IMG/VR virus record: IMGVR_UViG_3300037071_003688
From: a virus
Strand: one strand, 5' to 3'
DNA: 64,000 nucleotides
The notes beneath the pieces were generated by a model that was not told where the DNA came from, searched no databases, and worked only from the letters and a program-made list of their open reading frames with translations. Shown piece by piece: positions 19,701 through 29,700 of this stretch. A program made the translations under genes and the position numbers. The stretch's first letter is position 1, and every line of letters starts with the position of its first letter.

Positions 19701-22008
19701 CCGTCGCGCGGACGAAGCGGAAGCGGCCGGATCGCAGATCTCAGAACTCGACCTTGAGCAGGCCGCACTGCTCGATGACCGGCTGCGCGAGTTCGGGAAG
19801 GCGATGGGCAGCGACTTCCAGAACGACGACGGCGTCAGGCTGACCCATCACGCACTCGACCAGCGGCATGGGCGTGGGACGATGAACGGACTCGCCGCCA
19901 CCAACCCGGATGGCGTGGTGCTGGGCGCGATCGCCTACAACAAGAACCCCGGCGACTACCACATCGAGTTCCTCGGCTCGACCGGTCTCGTCAAGGGCGT
20001 CGGTTCGCAGTTGGTGATCCCCGTGATGGAACGGGCCGCAGCCGATGGGGCAAAGGTGACACTCAAGGTCGCCGGGACAAAGAGCGCCGCCTCGTTCTGG
20101 GAGTCGCTCGGCTTCGAGCGGGACTGGGAGAGCGCCACCGGCGCCACCATGCAGCCCGCCGACGTGCAGGCATGGGTGGCGAATCTCAACCGCGAACGCG
20201 AGGGTGTCTTGGTCGGCGCAGGCGCAGCACCAGAAGGATGGGATCCCGACGACGACCGCTGGGCTGCCCACGCGATCGAACTCGGGCTGATGTCCATTGT
20301 CGCCTCCGCGGCGCAGTTCATGAACCCGTGGCACGACGAGGTGGGTCGGTTCGCGCCGAAGGGGACCGGGCGCAAGTTCGGTAAGCACGTCTCGTGGCAT
20401 GTCGGCTCAAACGGCTACGAGGTGATGCACAACGGGAAATGGGTCCGGACGCCGGAAGCCATCAAGCACTACGGCGCGCTCGAAGTAGCGCAGCACATGT
20501 CGCCGCTCGAAGCCCGTCAACTCCGTGAGGAGTTGGAAGGCCAGACGATGATCGACCTTCTCAATGACACGGACGTTCAGTACAAGGCAACGGCATCGCT
20601 GGCGGTCCTGACTCACGACCCGAACTTGCACGGCAAGGAAGGTTTCGAGCATCTTCAACGTCAAGTCACCTTCGCCAAAGAGGCCGACCTCGGGCTGGTG
20701 ATGCAGTTGTACGCCGCAGAGCAGTTCGCCTCATGGGAACACTCCGGGGTCGACATCGCCCTGTTGAAGGAAGCCACGCAGGCGCACATGCGCGGTGAGA
20801 TTGACGCCGCCTCACTGTCACGGATGATCACCGAGCAGTACGGGATCACGGTCGAATCGGGCGCCGTTGGCTGGTTCAACCGGGCCTGGCAGATCTCCGC
20901 CGTCTCCCACGAATCAACTGCGATGCAGATCCAGATCGCCGAGCAACGCGGTCTAAGCGCAGCCGATGCGGCGATGCGCGACTACGTCGGCGACTCGACG
21001 CTGGACAAAGCCAACGATCTGACGTGGTCGATGGGAGCGACGATCAACGCCGTGACGTCGGCTCACATCCGCAACACTGAGGAGAAGCTGACCCAGGCCC
21101 CGGAACTGGCGTTGCCGACGATCCACCGAGGCTTGAAGGGTGAACAGTTCACCAGCATCCAGGCCGGTGACACGGTCCAGTCGAACCCCTTGTCGTCGTG
21201 GTCGTTCGACCCGAACCAGGCCGAGCACTTCGCCACCAACTTCATCGACACACAAGGGATCGTGATCACCACCGAGTTCAACCCGGCCAACGTGCTCACC
21301 ATCAGCGACATCAGCGGCATGGGATCACTGGACGAGCGAGAAGTGATCATGATCGGCGAACCGGTCAAGGTCACCCGCGCTCGTCTTCCAACGAAGCCCA
21401 GCGGTTGGGCAGTGATCCCGGAGAACGTGTACCTGATTGACACCCCGGAGAACGTCGACTGGATCACCCGCGAACCCGACGAAGCTCTGACGGCATCGGC
21501 GGCCAAGTTCGCGAATCCGTGGCATGACGAGATCGGACGTTTCGCGCCGAAGGGTCAGGGCAGCACGTCCGGCGGGCTGGACAACGAGGAGGCTGACGCC
21601 GAGTTCGAGGAGAAGTACGGCAACGAACGCCGATCCGGCGACGGCGACTGCTTCGAGGTCGGTTTGCACTTCATCCACTCCATCCCTCGCGGCGAGGAGG
21701 ACCGCTACAAGCTGTGTCACGGCGTGCCCGAGGGCCAAGGCCCGATCGAAGGCGTCCGCTTCGATCACTGCTGGATCGAACGAACCGACCCGCTCCCCGA
21801 GACCATGACCCCCGAGCAGCGGGCGATGTTCGAGCAGTACGAGATGAACATCACCGTGATCGACAAGTCGAACGGCAACGATGTCGAGATGCCCCGACTG
21901 CTGTACTACCAGTTGGGCAGCATCAATCCTCGCGACGTCCGCCGCTACACACCAGACGAAGCCCGCCGCGAGGCCGTCCGAACCGGGGTTTACGGGCCGT
22001 GGACATAG
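16759..22008 (+). CDS. polyprotein 1 (6 tagged modules): CCA-adding tRNA nucleotidyltransferase / unknown domain / HNH / GNAT / ADP-ribosyltransferase-like / papain-like Cys hydrolase
   Basis: YLVGGSVRD..KDIDIEV..RRDFTMNA..EDPLRILR; CPDCG..GGSY..EN....CPPCN; IEFLGS..KGVGS..FWESLGF; HRG..SSWS..EREV; GDCF..HCWIE; six NPWHDE.G.FAPKG tags. Confidence 0.9.
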   Translation: MATATFANPWHDEIGRFAPKGTGTKFGATQDEMRSLFEPVRPLVDVLEGAGAKTYLVGGSVRDRLLGIDAKDIDIEVHGLTPDETIALLKERGARVDEVGKAFGVLKVTFDGETHDFSFPRTEVKTGEGHTGFDVTVDPNLGIEQALARRDFTMNALAVDSDGNMVDPFGGVADLKAGVLRHVGPAFSEDPLRILRGVQFAARLGLKFDPETAKLAHDLLPELENISTERVWGEFEKLGGKGVSMEAGVQALKDVGLDTRYGNVHFDGEPNLTGLTGDHRAAVALTAIGVDPRQIGAPNTVSRTMRDVSQALAFTGDQAASRTAARELKYGTFEDAARIAGPNDNVDPRVLTGPLPGLVTGNDVMARGVRGSAIGEVLRAVQQAQDNETIVTREDALAWLDKHATAAIRRSAAFVNPWHDEVGRFAPKGTGRRFEPRGGADAQAQALAEAMATRAELNGGFTFDPRGNLFIKPDPSLPREEHRGAVAVPGHSAIITMEAFQDPTRGKQFIRDYLDQHAETIASQPDIFIGGWHDRAHGEVVLDLSQVRPLDEAIKLGIERGEQAIFDLDSEEDVPTHGTGGRENVKIVDASGQGLVRFSHGRYRGPPPAGAGRNGTSGRPGRLGGQVRGGEAGDRGRHVRGSEFANPWHDEIGQFAPKGTGSTGKGRSSKAEEAAAAKLARAKARKVPKPTEDDVIQGQVDALLAREGLVRAGGDRRGNNTARKKRAKALAAEFGDGTTCACPDCGQRIAADAATAEKLGIDALTQDKILVGTLGGSYKMENLIPTCPPCNQSRGDREGIGVVGDVRQTWGSAERFTRTVVRQHGDAIAQRFQERRSAIMKRKGITWEEHIAENPDALPQDFDRLRRPVGGNFAVDGWTPGEIVTDWLDRVAVNGHAVDHELRVDDPVRVDFPGEQLTLDPWVTDDRVVEVIGGVPPEPLGSHDRAVLNHRPQRSEFGNPWHDEIGQFAPKGTGTNFANIARRADEAEAAGSQISELDLEQAALLDDRLREFGKAMGSDFQNDDGVRLTHHALDQRHGRGTMNGLAATNPDGVVLGAIAYNKNPGDYHIEFLGSTGLVKGVGSQLVIPVMERAAADGAKVTLKVAGTKSAASFWESLGFERDWESATGATMQPADVQAWVANLNREREGVLVGAGAAPEGWDPDDDRWAAHAIELGLMSIVASAAQFMNPWHDEVGRFAPKGTGRKFGKHVSWHVGSNGYEVMHNGKWVRTPEAIKHYGALEVAQHMSPLEARQLREELEGQTMIDLLNDTDVQYKATASLAVLTHDPNLHGKEGFEHLQRQVTFAKEADLGLVMQLYAAEQFASWEHSGVDIALLKEATQAHMRGEIDAASLSRMITEQYGITVESGAVGWFNRAWQISAVSHESTAMQIQIAEQRGLSAADAAMRDYVGDSTLDKANDLTWSMGATINAVTSAHIRNTEEKLTQAPELALPTIHRGLKGEQFTSIQAGDTVQSNPLSSWSFDPNQAEHFATNFIDTQGIVITTEFNPANVLTISDISGMGSLDEREVIMIGEPVKVTRARLPTKPSGWAVIPENVYLIDTPENVDWITREPDEALTASAAKFANPWHDEIGRFAPKGQGSTSGGLDNEEADAEFEEKYGNERRSGDGDCFEVGLHFIHSIPRGEEDRYKLCHGVPEGQGPIEGVRFDHCWIERTDPLPETMTPEQRAMFEQYEMNITVIDKSNGNDVEMPRLLYYQLGSINPRDVRRYTPDEARREAVRTGVYGPWT
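18511..18550 (+). promoter_or_regulatory. internal promoter within polyprotein 1
   Basis: GTCAA-N5-TTGACG-N18-TACGAT with TGn extension; ATG at 18557. Confidence 0.7.
18557..18715 (+). CDS. overprinted small acidic protein (52 aa) in another frame of polyprotein 1; candidate immunity protein
   Basis: own promoter and leaderless ATG; normal GC3 codons, while the polyprotein frame here is G/R-rich and shadow-like. Confidence 0.6.
   Translation: MADTADHRQQAPDVTVRPGDLEGWADKSEEEKQAIVDAMYEGLSSPTPGTTR
19351..19644 (-). CDS. antisense overprinted acidic protein inside polyprotein 1; candidate immunity protein
   Basis: DGTIVRA...VEGELL...YTKFMVDG..VD.DTIEPV resembles the C-terminal half of ORF 57217-57552; plus-frame codons here are atypically A/T-ending; start uncertain. 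Confidence 0.55.
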   Translation of the reverse strand: MPRVAELATLRSVVEDGTIVRAKRFGWDTPDDLDNPIVGDPGVEGELLTWEVDSNGIVYTKFMVDGVAVDGDTIEPVGDDLPGGPAVDGEVPADRAA

Positions 22009-25000
22009 CGCCGACCATCCCCGTCCCGACCACAGAGGCAGAGATCGGAACCCTGCGCGTCCCGATCGACCCCGACGATCCGCTGCTCGCCGATCAGACG
22101 CTCGTGGCGTCGGCCGGGATCATCGCCGACTTCGAGGACTCGTACCTCGATGAACTGACCGGCGCCGTCGAACAGTCGTTGCGATCACTCCGCCAGATGG
22201 TCGTGCAACGCCTCCGCGCGCACGCCACCATCGCGAAACCGATCGCTGCGTCGGCCGCACGCAACGGCCAGTTCATGAACCCGTGGCACGACGACCGAGG
22301 CCGCTTCGCTCCGAAGGGGACCGGCCGCGCGAACGCGATCCGGACGTGGGGCACCGACCGCAAGGTCACCATCGAGAAGTGGGTGTCGGGTCACAAGCAT
22401 TCGGTGACGACCTCGAACGGCGACGTGATCGTCCTCCACGACCACAACAACGTCCTGTCGCAAAGCCCCGGCGGCGAGCAAGCCATCAGCGACTTGTTGA
22501 ACGGCGCCGCCGACGCACATGACCTGTGCCCGGGGATGAACGTCCCGCAGATCATGGTCAAGAACGTCGACGGGCTGATCGCCGACATGGCCGCGCTGCA
22601 TGACATGCAACGCGTCGAATGGGAACGGCTCCGCAACGTCGGCGCGTTCGTCACCGGCAACAGCCCGGACGGCAATAAGGCGCCGGGCTGGATCTTCGTC
22701 AACCCGGACCGGCTGCACAGTGAGCAGCTTTACGCCCAGGATGACATGCCCGCCATGATCGCTCTCGGCCCGGCCCGCTACAAGGTGATGCACGAGTACG
22801 GGCATCTGCGCATGACCCAAGGTCTCGACTCGGTGTTCGCGATCAACGATCAGTTCAAGTACACGAGCGACTCGCGTCGCAGCGGCGGGATGTCGAAGTA
22901 CGGCAACACGAAACCGATCGAGGCGCACGCCGAGGCGTTCGCCGAATGGGCGGCACGCGGCGGCAACATCGAGCGCGGCCCGAAGGGCCAGTTCCTCACC
23001 GACATCGACTATGTCGTCACGTCGTACGCCAACGCGTTCGGGTGGGGCAAGGACCTCGAACAGGTCGGCCGTCCGCTCGCCGTCGCTGCCGCCGGTGGGC
23101 CGCAGGACCCGATCCCGTTGATCATCGGTGACAGCCCGGAAGGCCCGATCTACATCTACGCGGACGGAACCATCGAGGAGACGCTCGTCGCCTCCGCCGG
23201 GCAGTTCATGAACCCGTGGCACGACGAGATCGGCCGGTTCGCCCCGAAGGGGACCGGCCGCTACATCAAGGTGCTCGGCGAGTTCCCCGGCGAACCGTCG
23301 CAGGAGATGTTGGCGAACGCCGACTTCCGCTACCAGGCCGACATGGGCAAGCGGTTTACGTGGCTGTGGCAACGCACCTATCAGACGCATCGAGCGGTGA
23401 AGCAGATCGCCCGCAATCTGCTCGCCGGGAACGAGCCGTTCGACGGGGTCGATCTCAACGACCCGCTCTTGGAGCGGTACTCGAAGCCATCCCGCTTCGC
23501 GGGCGGCCCCAAGCACGAGTACAACGAAACCGATCTCCACAACGATCTGCAAGCCGCAGCCGAATGGATCCTGGTCCAGCCCGTCGAGAAGCAGCCCGTG
23601 CTCTACCGCGGGGCGATGACCGACGAATCGAAGATGGGTGTCTTCAAGGTCGGTGCTGACATCCCGCTCGACCTGGTCTCGGCGACACCGGACCGGTTCG
23701 AGGCCGCGCCGTACTCGTCACCATTCGGTTCTCCCACGTCCTACCTCGACCCGGTCCGGCTGTCGTTCCAGTTCACCGGCGCCGAAGGCACGAGCCTGCG
23801 TCCGCATGTGACCGGCAACATGAGCGACTCGAAGGAAGTCGTGATGCGGGGACGCGGCCGGATCACACGGATGGAGAAGAACGAGCACGGGATCTGGCAG
23901 ATCTGGGTCGACGCCTCGAACGCCCAAGAGGAGGCGTTGGCCGCGTCGATCGGCGACGACGCCGTGATCCTGGCGATCCTCGACCAACCGTTCCACCACT
24001 ACGACGAAACCGGCGCGCTCGTCGCCGCCGCCGGGCAGTTCATGAATCCGTGGCACGACGAGATCGGTCGCTTCGCGCCGAAAGGCACCGGCGTCAAGCG
24101 GCTCGGCCCGAAGACCCTCAACGACGACCCGACCGCCTACGACAAGGTCGATCTCGATGACATGGAGGCAACCAAGGCCAGCCTCGAAGCGTACGCCGAC
24201 CATGTGACCGCGGAACTCGCCGACATGTTCCCCGGCGAGGAACTCATCTTCGGCCTTGACGAGTATCACAAGATCGCCAAGAGCACCCGGCCCCCCGAAT
24301 ACCATGCTCAGTTTCGGCTGACGAACGCTGACGGCGAAGACGTGGCGAAGATGGCGCGGGTCATCGAGATGGAGGATGACAGCGCATTCGCTGCCGGGAT
24401 GTGGGTTGACGACTCGATGCAGGGCAAGGGCATCGGCACCGTGCTGCAAGAGGGCTTCGAGCACTGGGCGGCATCGCAGGATCTCAGTGCGATCAACGTG
24501 TTCGCCACGATGGTCGGCCGGTGGGCGTGGATGCGCGCCGGTTATGACTGGGCGAACACCGAAGCGTTCGGCGACATCGCCAACCTGCTCGGCGACGCCG
24601 ACCCAGTCGGTCGCTCATTCAGGCGGGCGTGGCAGGACGTCACCATCCCTGACGATCTACCAACGCCGTACGAGTTGTCGAACATTCTCGGTCGCAAAGC
24701 GATCCTCCATCCGCAGTTCCCGAACTGGTCGGGCACCAAGCCGCTGCGCACCCGGGCACTGGCACTCGCCGCCACCGCCATAGCGCCCCGTGAGGAGCGT
24801 CTCGCCAAGGTGCGCGAGGCGTACGCCCAGTGGTGGCCGCAGTACCCGGCCGCGGCCGAGGGCTACATCGTTGACCCGGAGGCCGAGGCCGCATGGGAAG
24901 CGTTGATGCAGGGCGGGCTGGTCGCGGCGGGGCCGTTCGATCTGGACGACTTCAACGTGATGACCGCCGAGGAGTGGGCGCTGGCGTTCGATGTCGAGGC

Positions 25001-26792
25001 AGCGGACATCGTCGGCGATGTCGTCGTGGACGCCGCCACCGGTCAGGCGCTCCGCCCCGGCCTGAACGTGTCGGACAAGATCATCACCGATCTCGTGGAC
25101 CGCCACATCGGACGGCTCCAAGATCTCGGCCCGCTCGTGCAAGCCTCACTGCGCGACGCGCTGCACCTCGCCGTCTCCAACCAGTTGACGCTCGATGAGG
25201 TCATCCGCGAGATCCAAGCCACCGGACCATTGGGAGCAACCGCGGCACGCGCGATCGCACGCACCGAACTCACCGCCGCCACGAACGGCGGGATGTTGAC
25301 CGGATGGAAACGCGACGGGTTCCCGTTCAAGCAATGGATCAGTCTTCACGACGAACGTGTCCGCCATGCGCACCTCGAAGCCGACAAGCAGATCAAACCG
25401 ACCGAGCAGGAGTTCGAGGTCGGCGGCTGGCCCGCCCAATACCCCGGCGACCCACGCCTCCCGGTGCATCTGCGCATCAACTGCCGCTGCTACATGGACC
25501 GCATCGGTGAAGATGGCACGACCATCGGCACACGGCTGGTCGACTCGACCCGCGCCACGCTGTACCGCCTCGCCCAAGAGTTGAACATTCCGGGCCGCTC
25601 GAAGATGCTGAAAGAGGACCTGTTCCAGGCGATCGACCGGTACCGCAACGGGTTCGGGTTCCAACCATTGGAGGAGATGTCCCGGGCGCAACTGCTGATC
25701 CGTGCCCGCGCGGCGGGGATCGTCGGCCGCTCGAAGATGTCGCGCCCCGAGTTGATGATCCGCTTGCGCGACCTGTCGACCGGTCGGACCCGTGACCGCT
25801 GGCTGATCGACGCCGGGCACGGCACCCGCGAACAGATCGCCGCCGTCCAAACCCAACTCGCCGCCGACATCGCCGCGCTGCACCAAGGTCCGATCGTCGG
25901 CGCCGGACCGCCACCATCAGTCGAGAAGGTCGACACGATGCGCCGCAAGGTGTTCCGCCGCTACGGCGGCGCCGACACCGGCACCGCGATGTGCGTCGGC
26001 TGCGCGGCCCGGATGCACTGGTCGAACACGACACGCTGGGAACAGGTGACGCTGATCCGGATCGACCCGAAGATCTCGTGGTCCGCCCGCAACGCGTTCC
26101 CGGCGTGCCTCGCCTGCGCCCCGAAGCTCGCCAAGCTCGGCACGGAGAAGCTCTCGGCGACGTTCACCATCGACAACTCATGGACGGCGATCGCCGCCAC
26201 GTTCACCGGCTGGGGACCGATCCTGGCCCAGTTCGCGAACCCGTGGCACGACGAGCAAGGCAAGTTCGCGCCGAAAGGCACCGGCAAGAAATACGACTCG
26301 GCGGCGATCAAGGCCAAGGTGAAAGCGTCGATGGAGGCCGGGGTCAACGTCGACCGCGTCGGCGACCCGCAGGCGACGCTCTCCAAGCTCGACGCCTGGG
26401 CCAAGCAGATGGGATCCGACTTCGACGCCGACGAAGGGGTCGGCATGATCCGCGAAGCGTTGAATGACGTCGGGGCTGGCTCGAAGTCGTTGATCGCCAA
26501 CCACAAGAACGGGATCGCCGGGATCATCTCGTACGACTACGACCCGGACAGCAAGATGTACATGATCCATCACCTCGGCTCGACCGGGATCGCCCCCGGG
26601 ACCGGCACTCGGCTGGCGACTCAGGTCATGATCCAAGCCGCGTCGAACGGTGCTGGGGTCGAGTTCGAGGCAGCCCAGAACGACACCGCTCCCGAGTTCT
26701 GGTCGTCGCTCGGCTTCGATGTTTCCGACCCCAAGCACGTCGTGATGAGTCCATCCGATGTCGGCGCCTGGATGCGAGACTTCACGGGATGA
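21999..26792 (+). CDS. polyprotein 2: MuF minor head protein carrying zincin metallopeptidase, ADP-ribosyltransferase-like, two GNAT, two Rho-N-like and a degenerate HNH-like module
   Basis: HEYGH..SKYG...EAHAEAF; LYRG..VSAT..KEVV; QGKGIG..W...GY; ARAIARTE..KQW...D.RVR.AH..YPGDP..INCRC (MuF); IPGRSKM.K.DL-like repeat twice; GTG start overlaps the preceding stop; four tags. Confidence 0.9.
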   Translation: MDIAPTIPVPTTEAEIGTLRVPIDPDDPLLADQTLVASAGIIADFEDSYLDELTGAVEQSLRSLRQMVVQRLRAHATIAKPIAASAARNGQFMNPWHDDRGRFAPKGTGRANAIRTWGTDRKVTIEKWVSGHKHSVTTSNGDVIVLHDHNNVLSQSPGGEQAISDLLNGAADAHDLCPGMNVPQIMVKNVDGLIADMAALHDMQRVEWERLRNVGAFVTGNSPDGNKAPGWIFVNPDRLHSEQLYAQDDMPAMIALGPARYKVMHEYGHLRMTQGLDSVFAINDQFKYTSDSRRSGGMSKYGNTKPIEAHAEAFAEWAARGGNIERGPKGQFLTDIDYVVTSYANAFGWGKDLEQVGRPLAVAAAGGPQDPIPLIIGDSPEGPIYIYADGTIEETLVASAGQFMNPWHDEIGRFAPKGTGRYIKVLGEFPGEPSQEMLANADFRYQADMGKRFTWLWQRTYQTHRAVKQIARNLLAGNEPFDGVDLNDPLLERYSKPSRFAGGPKHEYNETDLHNDLQAAAEWILVQPVEKQPVLYRGAMTDESKMGVFKVGADIPLDLVSATPDRFEAAPYSSPFGSPTSYLDPVRLSFQFTGAEGTSLRPHVTGNMSDSKEVVMRGRGRITRMEKNEHGIWQIWVDASNAQEEALAASIGDDAVILAILDQPFHHYDETGALVAAAGQFMNPWHDEIGRFAPKGTGVKRLGPKTLNDDPTAYDKVDLDDMEATKASLEAYADHVTAELADMFPGEELIFGLDEYHKIAKSTRPPEYHAQFRLTNADGEDVAKMARVIEMEDDSAFAAGMWVDDSMQGKGIGTVLQEGFEHWAASQDLSAINVFATMVGRWAWMRAGYDWANTEAFGDIANLLGDADPVGRSFRRAWQDVTIPDDLPTPYELSNILGRKAILHPQFPNWSGTKPLRTRALALAATAIAPREERLAKVREAYAQWWPQYPAAAEGYIVDPEAEAAWEALMQGGLVAAGPFDLDDFNVMTAEEWALAFDVEAADIVGDVVVDAATGQALRPGLNVSDKIITDLVDRHIGRLQDLGPLVQASLRDALHLAVSNQLTLDEVIREIQATGPLGATAARAIARTELTAATNGGMLTGWKRDGFPFKQWISLHDERVRHAHLEADKQIKPTEQEFEVGGWPAQYPGDPRLPVHLRINCRCYMDRIGEDGTTIGTRLVDSTRATLYRLAQELNIPGRSKMLKEDLFQAIDRYRNGFGFQPLEEMSRAQLLIRARAAGIVGRSKMSRPELMIRLRDLSTGRTRDRWLIDAGHGTREQIAAVQTQLAADIAALHQGPIVGAGPPPSVEKVDTMRRKVFRRYGGADTGTAMCVGCAARMHWSNTTRWEQVTLIRIDPKISWSARNAFPACLACAPKLAKLGTEKLSATFTIDNSWTAIAATFTGWGPILAQFANPWHDEQGKFAPKGTGKKYDSAAIKAKVKASMEAGVNVDRVGDPQATLSKLDAWAKQMGSDFDADEGVGMIREALNDVGAGSKSLIANHKNGIAGIISYDYDPDSKMYMIHHLGSTGIAPGTGTRLATQVMIQAASNGAGVEFEAAQNDTAPEFWSSLGFDVSDPKHVVMSPSDVGAWMRDFTG

Positions 26793-29700
26793 GCTTCGAC
26801 CCGGACGACGACCGCTGGGCCGAACGCGCAGCCGAGGTGGCAGTGACCACCATGACCCTCGAACCAGGCGGCGAGTTCACCGTCAAGTTCCGGGCCACCG
26901 AGTTCAACAACCCGTGGCATGACGAGATCGGACGGTTCGCGCCGAAGGGTTACGGGCACATGGGCGGCAACAAGTACAGCCGTGAGGTCGCGGTCCCCCG
27001 CAGCGTCGAGGACGCCGCCGCTGTGTACGCGGCGATGACCCTGTACAACGCCGTCAACCGTGGAGACCCGATGCCCGCCATCCACGAAGCCCTCCACGCG
27101 CTGATCAAGACAGCCGAGGCCGCAGACCAGGACCTCATGGAACGCCTGATCAAACCGGCCGCGCGGGCAATCGGCGACAACGACATGGACACGGCGCACG
27201 AGTTGATCGTTGACGCCGACAGCGAGGTGTTCAAGCCGTTCACCGAGGAGTTCGAGGTCCCGCCACCGGAGAAGATCACGGTCACCGGCGGGCAACCCCC
27301 GGAGTCCGGCTTCGGCCCGACGATCTGGCAGACCGTCACCCCCGAAGGGCACACCATCACGTTCAACAGCCGCGGTCACACCGTGACCGACGAACAGGCG
27401 TACACGATCCTGTCGGCAGCGACGACCGCGGCGCGCGCCGGGAACATGGACCAAGACGTCACCATCCAAGTCCAAGCCTCGTTCAACCGGGACACGATGT
27501 CGCGCGAGCCACTGGTGATGGGGTTCGTCGTCGCCAACCCGGACATCGGCACCGACCCGCATCGAACCGTCAACATCACACCCGAGTTGATCAACGGTAA
27601 CTTCGACCCGGGCGGGAGCACCGAGCGCATCCCGTCGACGTTGACGGCATCAGCGGCGCTCGTGGAACCGTTGCGGATCACCGTGCTGCACGAGATGGGC
27701 CACGTCTCGTTGTTCGAGGAGGCGTTCCACCGGCAAGGCGATCTCACGCAGGGCAAGGAATGGTTCAACGAGCAGATGATTCAGACGGCGAACACGACGC
27801 CGATCACCGACAAGCCGTTCATGTCGCTGTACGCCCAGGAGAACACGACCGAGATGCACGCCGAAGCGTTCGCTGAGTGGACCAACACCGGCGGCAACAC
27901 GAACAACCCGTGGGTGCTACGCATGGCCGACCAGTACGGCTGGTCGACGGGCCGCGCCGCCGAAGACCTGCCATTGGCCGCGGCAGGGGCGCCACCGATC
28001 GAGCCGTGGGTGCCGATCTGGTACTTCCCGGAGGAGCCGGTCATCCTCATCGACAGCCGCGACGGCGCCAGCTACGTGTACGGCGACGCGGCGCTCGCCG
28101 CCACCGAACCCGTTGTCGCCTCCGCCGGGCAGTTCATGAATCCTTGGCATGACGAGATCGGACGGTTCGCCCCGAAGGGGACCGGCTCCAAGTTCGACGC
28201 AGTGAGCGCGATGCAGGACGTGCAGAACGGCAAGCCGGTGTCGGTCACCGGCGTCGAGGCCGTCGACCTCGCGTTGGAGATGGCCCGGCTTTACCATCCG
28301 ATCGACATGACCCTCGTCACGGTCGACGGGTCGCACATGTTCAGTGAGATGCGAGCGAACGGGCGGTCACGGGTCGAGATGCCGCAGATCCCCGGCAAGT
28401 TCCACCCCGCCTTCGAGGAGCACCTGCGCGAGTTGGGTGTGACCATGACTCCGGAGACGATCGACCCCCGCGAGTTGCACGGCACCCAATCCGAGTTGGA
28501 CGGTCAGGCAGTCGGCAACATGATCCAGTCCTACCGGGACGGCGGCTTCAACTTCACGTCGAAGCCGTTGGTCGTCTCCTCCGACAACCGGATCCTGGAC
28601 GGTCACCATCGTTGGGCCGCGGCGGCGATCGAGTCCGCGGCGTGCGGCGGCTGCATCGAGATGCCGATCATGCGTGTCGACCTGCCGATGAGCGAACTGC
28701 TCCACGTCGCCGACGACTTCGTGGACAGTCTCGGCATCGTCCGTCAGGGCCACGGCGAGCACGGAAAGCACAGCCCGCAGCCGCCGCCCCTGCACGAGAA
28801 GATCGCCGCGGCTGTCATCCCACCATCGCAGAATGAGCAGGTGGAGTTCGAGTACGCGACCGACACCGATGACGGGATCACCGACGAGCAACTCGCCGAC
28901 CTGCCACACGGCGACGGCTCCGCGTTCGAGGAGGGGGAGGGCGTGGTCGCTTCCCCCGCCTCGTTCGCCAACCCTTGGCACGACGAGATCGGACGCTTCG
29001 CGCCCAAGGGCACCGGCACGAAGATCGGCTTCGACGCCGACGCCGCCTCCAACCAGTTCGCCGACGATCTCGCCACACTCAACGCCAACGCCGACGCGAT
29101 GGCCGAGCCATACCGCATCCACTACGAACGCGGCGGCGAGAAACAGTCGACGTTCGCTCAGGCCCGCGACGAGTACCTCGCCTACGGCTCATCGGAGATG
29201 GACCGCCAACTCCGCACCAACGGCGACAGCACAGTCAAGGATCCGGCGCACCGGCGGGCGCTGATGAACGCCGTCGTGCTCGATGAAGCCATCGAACGGT
29301 CCGGTGTCGTGTTCGCCGAGGACACCGTCCTGCTGCGCGGCGTGCGCAACACGCAGGCCGGGAACCTGACGGTCGGCACCGAGTTCACCGATCCCGCGTT
29401 CGTGTCCGTGACAGCGTCACCCGGCGAAGCCGCGCAGGCGTCCGGGCAGCAACAACGCCCGGCCGGTTTCCCACCCTCGGCGAACCCGGGCACCATCGTC
29501 GCGTTGAAGGTCCCGAAGGGAACCAAGGCGATGCCGGGCGCCGAGAACGAGAAGGAATGGGTGCTGCCACGTGGCGGCACGTACACCGTGACGAACGTGA
29601 TCGAGGGCGACGGGGTCCGCATCGCCGAGGTCGAGGTGACATTCCCCGAGTCGCCGCCGGTGACGAAGGGGATCCCAACCATCAACGACTTGCTCGAACG

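Noticed and set aside
21714-21998. Track start of polyprotein 2 at 21714
   Set aside because: It overlaps polyprotein 1 by about 295 nt with Arg/Pro-rich shadow sequence; the GTG at 21999 overlapping the stop is more plausible.
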